From: Patescibacteria group bacterium | GTDB lineage: Bacteria; Patescibacteriota; UBA1384; XYA2-FULL-43-10; 1-14-0-10-43-13 | Assembly: GCA_041671645.1 (NCBI GenBank) | Contig: JBAZBD010000001.1 | Coordinates: forward strand, 173,365-237,364 | Reading direction: 5' to 3' | Length of the DNA: 64,000 nucleotides | Shown: in pieces, positions 49,067 through 58,596 of the stretch | Layout: each line of letters starts with the position of its first letter | Position numbering within the stretch: the stretch's first letter is position 1 | Notes under the pieces: model-generated | Databases searched by the model: none | Told to the model about the DNA's origin: nothing | Seen by the model: only the letters and a program-made list of their open reading frames with translations | Made by a program: the position numbers and the translations under genes

Positions 49067-49345
49067 CTATGCCTTAGGCAGCGGGGTGATTGCGTAGTTC
49101 TCCCTGAAAACGTACCCACTTATGTGGAGATGGAAATTTTCTCCATCCTTTGTTAGTACAAGTACTTTACCGACCATGATGTCGTTTAGTGTTATCAGAC
49201 GGTATCCAGACAGCTCCTCTGGAAGATTTTCAACCTCAAAAGTTTGGGTTGTCGGGTGAAAGTAGGCAGGCACCATGATGGGGCCTTGTTTAAGCTCTGG
49301 GCTTACACATATCATGTAAACCGGCGGTTTTGTTTCTCCTGACAT
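49067..49345 (-). CDS. Hypothetical protein
   Basis: AGGAGG upstream on the minus strand; 92 aa. Confidence 0.55.
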   Translation of the reverse strand: MSGETKPPVYMICVSPELKQGPIMVPAYFHPTTQTFEVENLPEELSGYRLITLNDIMVGKVLVLTKDGENFHLHISGYVFRENYAITPLPKA

Positions 49346-49436
49346 TACACATTCAACCTCCTACTAGATTTTGTTATAATATAGCACATATAAAGAAAAT
49401 ATGGTATAGTGAGGCGTAAAATTATCTAGGAATATC

Positions 49437-50132
49437 ATGGATAACGAGAAAAAAGGAACTTTATATATTGTCGCAACGCCGATCGGTAACCTCTCCGACA
49501 TGACTTTGCGTGGGCTCGAAATATTGAAAAGTGTTGATCTGATCGCTTGCGAAGACACCAGGAATACTGGGGTACTACTCAAACATTTTGAGATCAGCAA
49601 ACCTTTGGTTTCTTATTTTCAACATTCAAAAATTGGCAAAATAGAGCAATTAATCCAGGAATTGAAAAGCGGCAAAGACATTGCTTTGGTTTCTGACGCC
49701 GGAACTCCAGGCATTTCAGACCCTGGCGAATATTTAATTTCTCAAATACGAGATCAATTCCCTGAGATCAATGTTATTCCTATTCCGGGCGTGAGCGCAG
49801 TGGTTGCGGCCGCGAGTGTTTCCGGGCTAATTGATAAAGAATATTATTTTGCTGGGTTTTTGCCGAAGAAAAAGGGCCGACAGACCAAATTCAAATCTTT
49901 CTCAACTTTGGATTGCCCTATTGTTATCTACGAAAATGCATTGAGACTAGAGCGAACGCTCAAGGACGTGCAGACATATCTAGGCGAGGATACAGAAGTG
50001 TTCATCGCTCGTGAAATCACCAAAATGTTTGAAGAATATTGGGGCGGTAGTGTCTCAATTGTGCTTGAAAATCTCAAAAAGCATACTCTAAAAGGGGAAA
50101 TCGTACTAATTGTGAAGAGGCTGGTCAAATAA
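49437..50132 (+). CDS. rsmI: 16S rRNA C1402 2'-O-methyltransferase
   Basis: LYIVATPIGNL.D, ACEDTR, VSDAGTPGISDPG, REITK.FEE, KGE. Confidence 0.96.
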   Translation: MDNEKKGTLYIVATPIGNLSDMTLRGLEILKSVDLIACEDTRNTGVLLKHFEISKPLVSYFQHSKIGKIEQLIQELKSGKDIALVSDAGTPGISDPGEYLISQIRDQFPEINVIPIPGVSAVVAAASVSGLIDKEYYFAGFLPKKKGRQTKFKSFSTLDCPIVIYENALRLERTLKDVQTYLGEDTEVFIAREITKMFEEYWGGSVSIVLENLKKHTLKGEIVLIVKRLVK

Positions 50133-50198
50133 GGGTTGCCGATTGATCTCAAAACGGCTATACTAGCGGTGGAAAACGGCGTTGAGAGGAGGGGTACT

Positions 50199-50633
50199 AT
50201 GTATTGGACTATTCCGATTTTCCTGTTAGCAGTTTTTGTTTGCTTACGAAAAAAGCGAAAGCTGCAAGCGCAACTCAAGGAACTATATGACGTTCTGTGT
50301 GCAACCTACTATACAGAACAGGAACGACAGATAGCAGTGGGGCGAGCATGCGAAATTGCCGTCTTACTGTTTGGCCGGCTTGTTGAGAATTCTCTCGCAA
50401 AGCCTATCGTCTTCAAAGGTGAGAAGGTTCTCGCCGTCAAACTGGCAGTGCCCAAGGATTCTCCTTGTACCGTTTTTTTGACGCGCAAAGGCGAGTTTGC
50501 TATCAGCCCGACGGACGATAAGTTCGGCACCAAACAGCGCTGTCTCGCGCTGTTGAGCCATGAATACAAAATGGAGGCGCTCAAAATCGCCTTCAAGGAG
50601 ATGTTCGAAGAACACCTCAAAATCACGGCCTAA
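50199..50633 (+). CDS. Hypothetical protein with N-terminal membrane anchor
   Basis: AGGAGG RBS before ATG 50199. Confidence 0.6.
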   Translation: MYWTIPIFLLAVFVCLRKKRKLQAQLKELYDVLCATYYTEQERQIAVGRACEIAVLLFGRLVENSLAKPIVFKGEKVLAVKLAVPKDSPCTVFLTRKGEFAISPTDDKFGTKQRCLALLSHEYKMEALKIAFKEMFEEHLKITA

Positions 50634-50705
50634 CGCCCCGATACTGAATCGGGGCATTTTTATTTGGCCATTGAGAGAAGTGATCGCTTTTGTTATCATC
50701 TATTT

Positions 50706-52130
50706 ATGAGCAAATATTATATTACGACCCCGATCTATTATATCAACGACGTTCCACATATTGGCCACGCGTACACTACGATCGCGGTGGACGTATTGGC
50801 GCGTTATCATCGCGCCAAAGGCGACGATGTTTTTTTCCTGACTGGTACTGACGAACATGGCGCCAAGATAGCTGAGGCGGCTGAAAAATTGGGCAAGACG
50901 CCTCGAGAATTTGCGGATGAACTGGTTCCGAAATTTGCTGACGTCTGGAAGAAGTTGAACATTTCATATGACCAATTTTTTCGCACGACCAACCCAAAGC
51001 ATGAGGAGTATGTTCAGGATTTTGTCGAGGATTTGCAAGAAAATGGCTATATCGAAAAGCGTGAATACGAAGGGCTATACTGTGTCGGATGCGAGAAATT
51101 CTTGAAAGAATCAGACCTAGTGGAGGGCTGTTGTCCAGATCACAAGAAGCCACCGGTCAAGCAAAAAGAGGAGAATTATTTCTTCAAGCTGTCAGAACTC
51201 CAGGACAAATTGCTTGAGCGGATAGAAAATGGGGAGCTGAAAATTGCCCCCGAATCACGAAAGAACGAGATTGTTGGCAAGATCAAGCAAGGTTTGGAGG
51301 ATGTCTCGATTTCTCGTGCGGCGGTAGAGTGGGGCGTCTCATACCCAGGCGATTCCAAGCAGACAATTTATGTTTGGATTGATGCCTTGCTCAATTATTA
51401 CACTGCTTGCGAGATATACGAGAAGGAGAAATTCTGGCCTGCCAGTCTGCATCTGATGGCGAAGGATATCGTCTGGTTTCATGCCGTGATCTGGCCAGCG
51501 ATGCTGATCGCTCTTGATCTGCCATTGCCCCGCAAGGTCTTTGCCCACGGTTTCTTTACCGTGAATGGCCAGAAAATGAGCAAGACGATTGGCAATGTGA
51601 TTGATCCAAATGTAATTATCGAGAAATATGGTGCCGATGCAGTCAGATTCTATCTACTCTCCGCCTTCCCTTTTGGCGAAGACGGCGATGTCTCGCTCGA
51701 AAAGCTGGCCCTCTCTTACAACAAGCTGGCCAATGATATTGGTAACTTGCTGCAGAGAACAATCTCGATGATGGTCAAGTATAACGTATCAGGTATAACG
51801 TATAAGGGAGAAGAAGATTCTGTAATACGTGATACGAAATACGAAATACGAATCGACAAAGAATTAGACAGTCTTGATTTCGCTGGGGCGTTGAAGAAAA
51901 TCACCGATGTAGCACAGGCAGAGAATAAATATATTGCTGACAGAGAGCCCTGGACTTTGGCAAAAGAGGGCAAGACGGAGGAGCTGACACAAACTTTACA
52001 GCATTCATACGATTGCTTGACCTCATTGGCTCAAGTGTTGCAGCCTTTCATGCCAGAAACGGCAGAGAAAATGGCTAGTCAATTAAAATCTCTAGAACCG
52101 ATGCCACTTTTCCCTCGAATTGAATCATAA
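50706..52130 (+). CDS. metG: Methionine--tRNA ligase (short form)
   Basis: YITTPIYY.N..PHIGHAY, TGTDEHG, YVWIDAL, KMSKT. Confidence 0.97.
   Translation: MSKYYITTPIYYINDVPHIGHAYTTIAVDVLARYHRAKGDDVFFLTGTDEHGAKIAEAAEKLGKTPREFADELVPKFADVWKKLNISYDQFFRTTNPKHEEYVQDFVEDLQENGYIEKREYEGLYCVGCEKFLKESDLVEGCCPDHKKPPVKQKEENYFFKLSELQDKLLERIENGELKIAPESRKNEIVGKIKQGLEDVSISRAAVEWGVSYPGDSKQTIYVWIDALLNYYTACEIYEKEKFWPASLHLMAKDIVWFHAVIWPAMLIALDLPLPRKVFAHGFFTVNGQKMSKTIGNVIDPNVIIEKYGADAVRFYLLSAFPFGEDGDVSLEKLALSYNKLANDIGNLLQRTISMMVKYNVSGITYKGEEDSVIRDTKYEIRIDKELDSLDFAGALKKITDVAQAENKYIADREPWTLAKEGKTEELTQTLQHSYDCLTSLAQVLQPFMPETAEKMASQLKSLEPMPLFPRIES
51779..51851. repeat. In-frame bipartite heptamer element in metG
   Basis: (GTATAAC)-like x4, 17-bp spacer, (AATACGA)-like x4; encodes YNVSGITYK..VIRDTKYEIR. 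Confidence 0.85.
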
Positions 52131-52146
52131 TTTTTGGAGGAAGATC

Positions 52147-52989
52147 ATGCTTTTTGCATTCCTGGCGTCTCTTTTGAGCGCCGGTGAAGATATTATCAAC
52201 AAAATAATTTTGGGAAAGATGAAGCTGGCTGTGCAGGAGTATTTGCCGATCGCTTTTGCTTTCATCACCGTGATTTCGCTTTTCCTGGCTCCAATAGATT
52301 TTCGTTTTGATTCGACCGTCTTGAGCTTGCCACATTTGCTGATTTTTGTACTGCTGCTCGCTTCTTCTACAATTTGGAATATTCTTCTCGCCAAAAGTAT
52401 GAAAACAGAGCCGCTTCACGAGTACGAAGCTATTATCCTGACTGTGCCGCTGGCCACCGTGATCATGGCGATGATATTTCTCCCCGGCGAGAGGAACACG
52501 AGTGCGATTATCGCTGGTATTGTTTCGACTTTGGCACTGCTAATTTTCAAATTCAAGAAACATCACCTTAATTTTTCCAAAACAGCCTCCCGAACCGCTT
52601 TGGCGGTCGTGTTTATCGCCGTTGAAGCCATTTGTATCAAGACTCTGCTCGTTGACCTCTCTCCGGCTCTTCTTTATTTTTTCAGAGTATTCTTCCTCAC
52701 GATTATCTTCCACATCATCTTCAAACCGAATTATGACATTCTCAAAATTAAGCCAGTCAGGATGGGCTTGCTTGCGGCATCCCTGATCGGCGCTACGCTC
52801 ATGGTGTTAAAATACTCAGCCTTTGCAGAAATCGGCGTTGTTCACTCCACGATTATCCTCCTCCTGGCGCCACTTCTGACATATCTGGGCTCATATTTCT
52901 ACTTCAAGGAGCGCCGGAATTTTGTGCCAGACTTAGCTTGCGCTGGAGTTACAATCGCGTGCATAATATATGCAACACTAGCAAGGTAA
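52147..52989 (+). CDS. DMT/EamA-like multi-pass membrane protein
   Basis: About 10 hydrophobic segments in two halves; L.PLL...F.KER. Confidence 0.75.
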   Translation: MLFAFLASLLSAGEDIINKIILGKMKLAVQEYLPIAFAFITVISLFLAPIDFRFDSTVLSLPHLLIFVLLLASSTIWNILLAKSMKTEPLHEYEAIILTVPLATVIMAMIFLPGERNTSAIIAGIVSTLALLIFKFKKHHLNFSKTASRTALAVVFIAVEAICIKTLLVDLSPALLYFFRVFFLTIIFHIIFKPNYDILKIKPVRMGLLAASLIGATLMVLKYSAFAEIGVVHSTIILLLAPLLTYLGSYFYFKERRNFVPDLACAGVTIACIIYATLAR

Positions 52990-53003
52990 TTATTAATTAG
53001 AAA

Positions 53004-53801
53004 TTGGAACACAACGTGTTCATCGATACTCACTGCCATTTGGATTTTCCAGAGTTCAAGACCGAAGTGCCGGGTGTGCTTGGTCGTGCCAAGGAAGCGC
53101 ACGTCGAGAGACTTGTCAACGTCGGCGTCGATTGCGACACTTCGAAGCATTCAGTTGACCTGGCTCGGAAATATCCCGAAGTATATGCTTCTGTCGGCAT
53201 CCATCCGCATAGCGCCAAAGAGCTGGACATCGAGTCCAGAGGTTGGTTGATGGCTCTCTCAAATCACGAGAAAGTGGTAGCGATCGGTGAGATAGGGCTC
53301 GACTATTATTATCTCAAGCGTTCGAGCAAATATGCACATTATCCTACCCGCGAAGAGCAAATGTTCTGTTTTGAGCAAATGCTTGATCTGGCCATGGAGA
53401 CAAATCTGCCAGCCATAATTCATGCTCGTGAGGCTGATGCCGATCTTCTCGGGATTTTGAAGTCTTACCACGGCCAACTTCGAGCGGTGATGCACTGCTT
53501 CTCGAGCAATTGGGAAGTGGCGGAAAAGTTGATCGATATGGGTTTTGCTCTCTCGTTCACTGGCAATATTACGTATAAAAATCCAGATATTGCGGAGGTG
53601 ATACGGAAGACTCCGCTAGCCAATATTATGATTGAAACAGATTCTCCTTATTTGGCGCCTGAGCTATACCGTGGCAAGAGAAACGAGCCCGCTTTTGTCG
53701 TTGAAGTAGCCAAGAAGATCGCCTTGATCAAGGGGATTTCTTTGGCTGAAGTTGAGATGGAAACGACCAAAAAAGCGATGAAGTTTTTCGGAATTAGATA
53801 A
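53004..53801 (+). CDS. tatD: TatD family nuclease
   Basis: IDTHCHLD, GIHPH, GEIGLDY, IH.REA, HCFS, ETDSPYLAP. Confidence 0.95.
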   Translation: MEHNVFIDTHCHLDFPEFKTEVPGVLGRAKEAHVERLVNVGVDCDTSKHSVDLARKYPEVYASVGIHPHSAKELDIESRGWLMALSNHEKVVAIGEIGLDYYYLKRSSKYAHYPTREEQMFCFEQMLDLAMETNLPAIIHAREADADLLGILKSYHGQLRAVMHCFSSNWEVAEKLIDMGFALSFTGNITYKNPDIAEVIRKTPLANIMIETDSPYLAPELYRGKRNEPAFVVEVAKKIALIKGISLAEVEMETTKKAMKFFGIR

Positions 53802-54071
53802 TCAATAACGGATTACCCCGAGACAAAGTCTTCCCTTCGGGAAAGGGGACCCTTAGGGTCGAATTGTTCAAATTACAAATGTCCAACAGAACAAGTCGCT
53901 CGAAAGAGCGGTTTCTGTGTTTAAACACATTGACAAATTGAGCTCAAAGTGATATAATGTATTGGTGATTAGTCAATCACCAACGGCTCTGCCGTAGGCT
54001 GATCAACGCAGCTATACAACAAATTCGAGCTGCCCATTTGCATGTTGGGTCGGCTCTCAAGGGAGGAAATC

Positions 54072-55163
54072 ATGCACAAATTTCTGTTATTGGCTGTACA
54101 GGTGACCCTCCGGATTATTCTAGGGATCATCCTGGGGATCTGGATAGTACTGTCCTCCATTGTCATGGGCGTGTACTACGCTCTGGAATACGCCTGGCGA
54201 AAGCTCAGCGAAGTTCAAGGGCAATGGAACAAGGCGGTTTCGCTCGGCGCCTACCTGGCTCCGATTTTGATCGTCTTGGCACTCGTTCTGTGGTGGCCTC
54301 AAAAAAAGGTCCACCGCGTCACCCCGTCTCCACGCTCTGCCCCGACTGCCAAAGCGCCGATCCAGGCGCCAACTCCTGATCAGGTAATCATCCCTGACGT
54401 TCCGCAGCCCAATATGCCGATCAAGTCAACGGGAAGCGGAAGCCTTTCAAACGTTCTGGTTATCCTTGACCCGGGTCACGGTGGCAACACCCCCTGGGAT
54501 GGGGTAGACCCGGGCTGCTACTGGCAGTTCAACGGCCAGGAGTATTATGAGGCGGCGTACACATATCGCATGGCCAAGGAGCTTGGCGATATGGTCCGTG
54601 CCGAAGGCGGCGATGTTGCTTACACGGCTTGGTCTCCGACCATGGAGGTGTCGACCTCGCCGCGCGTGGCGATGCCTTTGCCTGTTACTCCGCTTCTCCC
54701 GAACGGTGTGAAACTGACCAACAACGGGACAGGCCTCACGGCTCGTGCTGACGCGGCGAACGCTCTGTACCAGGCTCACAAGGCCAAGTACAGGGGCGTC
54801 TTCTTCCTCTCGCTGCATATCGACAGTATGGGCGAAGGTTGGGACGGGTTGCATGTCTGCTACGATCGACATGCGTCCGAGATGCCGCGCTTGGCTGAGC
54901 TGATCTCGCAAGGGATCAACGAGGGCCGGTATGGCCGACGCTATAAGGGTGTCGCCAAAGAGATAGTCGAAGCTCGTGGCCTCGCAGTGCTGAATCGGAA
55001 TCATAATCCGTTGAAGCACCGAGTGTTGATCGAGCTTGGGATCCCCGGTGATCCCAATGATTCGTGGCGCCTCAGAAATGAGGGCAACCGCCGGAAAATG
55101 CTGGAAAAAGTGGCTCTGCGGCCGCTACTCCAGCTTGCCGAGGAGGTGAAAAAAAGAAAGTGA
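54072..55163 (+). CDS. Membrane-anchored N-acetylmuramoyl-L-alanine amidase (Amidase_3)
   Basis: ILDPGHGG, E, L.AR...AN, FLSLH.D, L.VL, VLIELG; two N-terminal TM helices; own promoter TTGACA(53930)-N17-TATAAT. Confidence 0.88.
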   Translation: MHKFLLLAVQVTLRIILGIILGIWIVLSSIVMGVYYALEYAWRKLSEVQGQWNKAVSLGAYLAPILIVLALVLWWPQKKVHRVTPSPRSAPTAKAPIQAPTPDQVIIPDVPQPNMPIKSTGSGSLSNVLVILDPGHGGNTPWDGVDPGCYWQFNGQEYYEAAYTYRMAKELGDMVRAEGGDVAYTAWSPTMEVSTSPRVAMPLPVTPLLPNGVKLTNNGTGLTARADAANALYQAHKAKYRGVFFLSLHIDSMGEGWDGLHVCYDRHASEMPRLAELISQGINEGRYGRRYKGVAKEIVEARGLAVLNRNHNPLKHRVLIELGIPGDPNDSWRLRNEGNRRKMLEKVALRPLLQLAEEVKKRK

Positions 55164-55273
55164 GGGGGAACTGGCTAGTACCAATTGGTGCTAGCCTTTT
55201 CTCGTTTATGGGGGGATGTTGACATAAATTTGGCATCTGATAAGATTTACTGACACCGAAGGGGGGTGCAAAA

Positions 55274-55582
55274 ATGCAAGCAATCAGCGCACACTGGCTG
55301 ATCTGGCTGATCGGTTTTATCGTTTTTTCGGTACTTTGGCTTTTATGCTATTGCATGAAACTAGTACCGCTGTCGACCAAAGAGCAGATGATGTATGGAA
55401 TTAGTTCGGCCGGGGACTACTGTTTGATCGTAATCCTTCGGACCGTATCTCTACTCCTTGGCATCACCTGCCTCGTACTTCTGATTCTGGCTTTGATACA
55501 TGGAGCCAATTGGCTCGGAGCTGGATGTCTCGCACTTCATATCCTGGCCTTAGTATATGGCGCCAAGAGGTTCCTATACTAA
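55274..55582 (+). CDS. Small membrane protein
   Basis: Three hydrophobic segments; own promoter and RBS. Confidence 0.6.
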   Translation: MQAISAHWLIWLIGFIVFSVLWLLCYCMKLVPLSTKEQMMYGISSAGDYCLIVILRTVSLLLGITCLVLLILALIHGANWLGAGCLALHILALVYGAKRFLY

Positions 55583-55741
55583 AAGAACAGGTGCTTGCCC
55601 AGATCGGGCGGGCACTCTGCGGGCAAAAAATGATCGCCCCCACTTGTTGAGGGCTTTTTTGTTGCCAAATTTCAGGCATTATTGACAGGTATTTCGAGAA
55701 ATGTTACATTACTTGTTACAGTAAACTAGCGAGACAATATT

Positions 55742-55954
55742 ATGAAAACTATTTCTACAAATGAACTTCAGGATCAGATTTCCAAGGTGATTAAGGAAGT
55801 CGAAGGCGGGGAAGTCTATCAAATCAGCCGATACTCCAAGTCGGTCGCTTATTTGGTGTCCAAACCAGAGTTTGAAAAATTAATTACTGGTAGCGAATGC
55901 AAAGAGTGTATGAAGGACATGCGGAAGATAGCAAAGAAAATTTCTAATTCTTAA
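55742..55954 (+). CDS. Phd/YefM-family antitoxin-like protein with C-terminal CxxC
   Basis: MKTIST.EL...IS.VI..VE.GE...I.R....VA.LV; CKEC. Confidence 0.8.
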   Translation: MKTISTNELQDQISKVIKEVEGGEVYQISRYSKSVAYLVSKPEFEKLITGSECKECMKDMRKIAKKISNS

Positions 55955-56034
55955 TTAATAATTTCTAATCAATTACTAATTTTAAATTTCTAATTAATAA
56001 TTGAATAAAAATTAAGAACTAAAAACTAATAATT
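55939..56034. repeat. AT-rich 7-bp periodic element upstream of iscS
   Basis: AATTTCT AATTCTT AATTAAT AATTTCT AATCAAT ...; same family as 861-957. Confidence 0.85.
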
Positions 56035-57264
56035 ATGGAAAATATTTACTTAGACAATGCGGCGACCACCAAACCTGATCAGAAGGTGATTGAGGCGATG
56101 AGTCGAGTCTCGGAGGAGGCATGGGGCAATCCATCTTCGATTCACTCTGTCGGCCAGGAGGCGGCCCTTGAGGTTGATAACGGTCGAGAGACCGTAGCTA
56201 AGTTTTTGGGTTGCGACGCTACCGAGGTGATATTTACCTCTGGCGGATCGGAAAGCGATAACCTCGCTTTGCGAGGGTTAGTCGGAAGTCTGAGGGCAGA
56301 AGCTGGAAGCATTTCCTCAAACCTCAAACCTCAAGCCACTAACACATTACCTCATATCATCACTGGTGCAGGTGAGCATCACGCCGTCCTCCACACTGTA
56401 CAAGAGCTCGAGAAGGAGGGTTTGATCGAGGCGACCTACCTCAATCCTGATGCGAATGGTTTAATTACTCCAGAACACGTCATCGAGGCGATCAGAGACA
56501 ATACGATTTTGGTCAGTTTGATGTACGTAAACAATGAGACAGGCGTCGTCACGCCGATTGCCGAGATCGGCAAAAGACTTTTAACTTTCAACTTTGAACT
56601 TTCAACTCGAAATAAATCCGCGAAGCGAATTTATTTCCACACTGACGCAGTTCAAGCGGCCGAATGGCTAGATATGAATGTCCAAGATTTGGGCGTTGAT
56701 TTACTCACTTTTACATCTCACAAGATCCATGGTCCAAAGGGCATTGGAGTATTGTACGCGAAAAAGGGTACGCCGATTAAACATCAAATTAGCGGTGGAG
56801 ACCAAGAGTTTCGGCTGAGAGCTGGAACGGAAAATGTCGCTTCAATCGCTGGGATCGCACAGGCGATCACAAATATCGAGCGAGGAGCGGCCGATAGAGT
56901 TCAAACGTTGCGCGATAGACTAATCGACGGAGTTGTGAAGAATATTTCTGATGCGATCGTGAACGGTGGCAAGGCACCACGATCTCCTCATATCGCCAAT
57001 ATCTCTTTCTTGAACGCCGAAGGCGAAGCAATTATATTGAATCTCGATTTCTTGGGTATCCAAGTCTCTTCAGGCAGTGCTTGCACATCGAGATCGCTCA
57101 ACCCAAGTCACGTGTTGTCCTCGATGGGAGTCCCGCCCGAGAAGGCACATGGCTCGATTCGCTTCTCCTTAAGTCGTGAGACTACCGCAGAAGAGATTGA
57201 TAAGGTGATTGAAGTATTACCAGGAATTATTCTTAAACTGCGACAAATGTCGCCATTTAAGTAA
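56035..57264 (+). CDS. iscS: Cysteine desulfurase IscS/NifS
   Basis: YLDNAATT, GNPSS.H, FTSGGSES, NNETG, HTDAVQ, HKIHGPKG, SSGSACTS. Confidence 0.95.
   Translation: MENIYLDNAATTKPDQKVIEAMSRVSEEAWGNPSSIHSVGQEAALEVDNGRETVAKFLGCDATEVIFTSGGSESDNLALRGLVGSLRAEAGSISSNLKPQATNTLPHIITGAGEHHAVLHTVQELEKEGLIEATYLNPDANGLITPEHVIEAIRDNTILVSLMYVNNETGVVTPIAEIGKRLLTFNFELSTRNKSAKRIYFHTDAVQAAEWLDMNVQDLGVDLLTFTSHKIHGPKGIGVLYAKKGTPIKHQISGGDQEFRLRAGTENVASIAGIAQAITNIERGAADRVQTLRDRLIDGVVKNISDAIVNGGKAPRSPHIANISFLNAEGEAIILNLDFLGIQVSSGSACTSRSLNPSHVLSSMGVPPEKAHGSIRFSLSRETTAEEIDKVIEVLPGIILKLRQMSPFK
56281..56343. repeat. Degenerate in-frame bipartite heptamer element in iscS
   Basis: GTCGGAA GTCTGAG GGCAGAA GCTGGAA .. CCTCAAA CCTCAAA CCTCAAG CCACTAA. 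Confidence 0.65.
56577..56607 (+). repeat. Intragenic heptamer repeat (ACTTTNA)x4 in iscS
   Basis: ACTTTTA ACTTTCA ACTTTGA ACTTTCA; encodes LLTFNFELST. Confidence 0.85.
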
Positions 57265-57360
57265 TTTTACGATTGATCATTACCCATTTTCCATTAATTT
57301 CCCATTGATCAATTCGAAAATGAACAATTAATGAGTAATGAAAAATGATAAATATTTTAC
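57265..57360. repeat. Periodic quasi-palindromic intergenic element between iscS and iscU
   Basis: CATT-rich left arm and AATG-rich right arm with 7-8 bp spacing. Confidence 0.6.
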
Positions 57361-57372
57361 GGAGTAAATCTT

Positions 57373-57759
57373 ATGCAGCAATATAGCAAACAAGTTATGG
57401 ATCATTTCAATAATCCGAGAAATGTCGGCGAGATCAAGGACGCCGATGGTATCGGCGAAGTTGGCAATATGAAGTGTGGCGACGTCATGTATATCTACAT
57501 CAAAGTCGGTAAACATGACGGCAAGGAGTATGTCGACGATATCAAGTTCAAAACGCTTGGTTGTGCTGCCGCGATTGCTTCTTCGAGCATGATGACTGAA
57601 TTGGTCAAGGGCAAGTCACTCGATGAGGCGGCCAAGATCTCTCGCGATGATATCAATGAAGCGCTTGGCATATTGCCACAACAAAAATATCATTGTTCGA
57701 TATTGTCCGCCGATGGAATTCACAGGGCAGTAGAAAATTATAAAAGTAAAAATAAATAG
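57373..57759 (+). CDS. iscU: Fe-S cluster scaffold IscU/NifU
   Basis: YS..VMDHF.NPRN.G, CGD, GC..AIASSS, K.HCS. Confidence 0.93.
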   Translation: MQQYSKQVMDHFNNPRNVGEIKDADGIGEVGNMKCGDVMYIYIKVGKHDGKEYVDDIKFKTLGCAAAIASSSMMTELVKGKSLDEAAKISRDDINEALGILPQQKYHCSILSADGIHRAVENYKSKNK

Positions 57760-58554
57760 GTGAAAGATATGTTTGACGGCAAACAAATTAGAGAAGAGAT
57801 ATTGAAAGAGCTAGCAGACAAGATTGTGCTCATGGACCCCAAGCCTATATTGGCTGAGATTGTTGTTGGCGAAGATCCAGTGGTTCTCAAGTACGCAGAG
57901 CTCAAGAAAAATTTGGCCGAAAAAGTTGGTATTACTTTCAATATTTATCAATTCGAATCAGATGCTCCAGAGGAAGAAATCCTAGAGTGTATCGAATTTC
58001 TAAATGATGACTTTGAAACAAATGGAATTATGATTCAAATTCCAATGCCAAAGTCCTTTGATCGTGCCAAACTTATCACGGCGATCAGCCCAGCCAAAGA
58101 TGTCGATGGCTTGCGCTATTGCCAGGGATTGGATTCGGATTTCCGACCGCCTGTTGCGGAAGCGATTCTAGAAGCTCTGAAGCGATCAGAGAAGGATTTG
58201 AAGACGAGTCAGATCGCTCTGATCGGTCATGGATTTCTCGTTGGCAAACCCCTAGAGAAGGCGTTAAAAGATTTAGATATTCAGGTCAGCGTTTTCGAAA
58301 GTGGCTCATCAATCGCAAAACTGGACAAATTTGATATTGTTATCTCCGCTACTGGCAAGGCCGGCATCATCAAGCCAGAGATGGTGTCAGATGACGTCGT
58401 CCTGATTGATGCTGGAACGGCTGAAGAAAACGGCGAACTCAAGGGCGATATCGATCCTGAAACATACAAAAAGGCCTTGTACTATACACCTGTCCCGGGC
58501 GGCATCGGCCCAGTCACAGTGGCGATGCTATTTCGCAATTTAGTTTCAAAATAA
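57760..58554 (+). CDS. folD: Methylenetetrahydrofolate dehydrogenase/cyclohydrolase
   Basis: VGED, GIMIQ.P, KDVDG, LVGKP, IDAG, TPVPGGIGPVTVAML. Confidence 0.93.
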   Translation: MKDMFDGKQIREEILKELADKIVLMDPKPILAEIVVGEDPVVLKYAELKKNLAEKVGITFNIYQFESDAPEEEILECIEFLNDDFETNGIMIQIPMPKSFDRAKLITAISPAKDVDGLRYCQGLDSDFRPPVAEAILEALKRSEKDLKTSQIALIGHGFLVGKPLEKALKDLDIQVSVFESGSSIAKLDKFDIVISATGKAGIIKPEMVSDDVVLIDAGTAEENGELKGDIDPETYKKALYYTPVPGGIGPVTVAMLFRNLVSK

Positions 58555-58564
58555 TGTACTAAAA

Positions 58565-58588
58565 AAGGCTTAGCGAGTGCTAAGCCTT
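58565..58588. terminator. Hairpin between convergent genes
   Basis: AAGGCTTAGC-GAGT-GCTAAGCCTT. Confidence 0.75.
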
Positions 58589-58596
58589 AGCTTATT

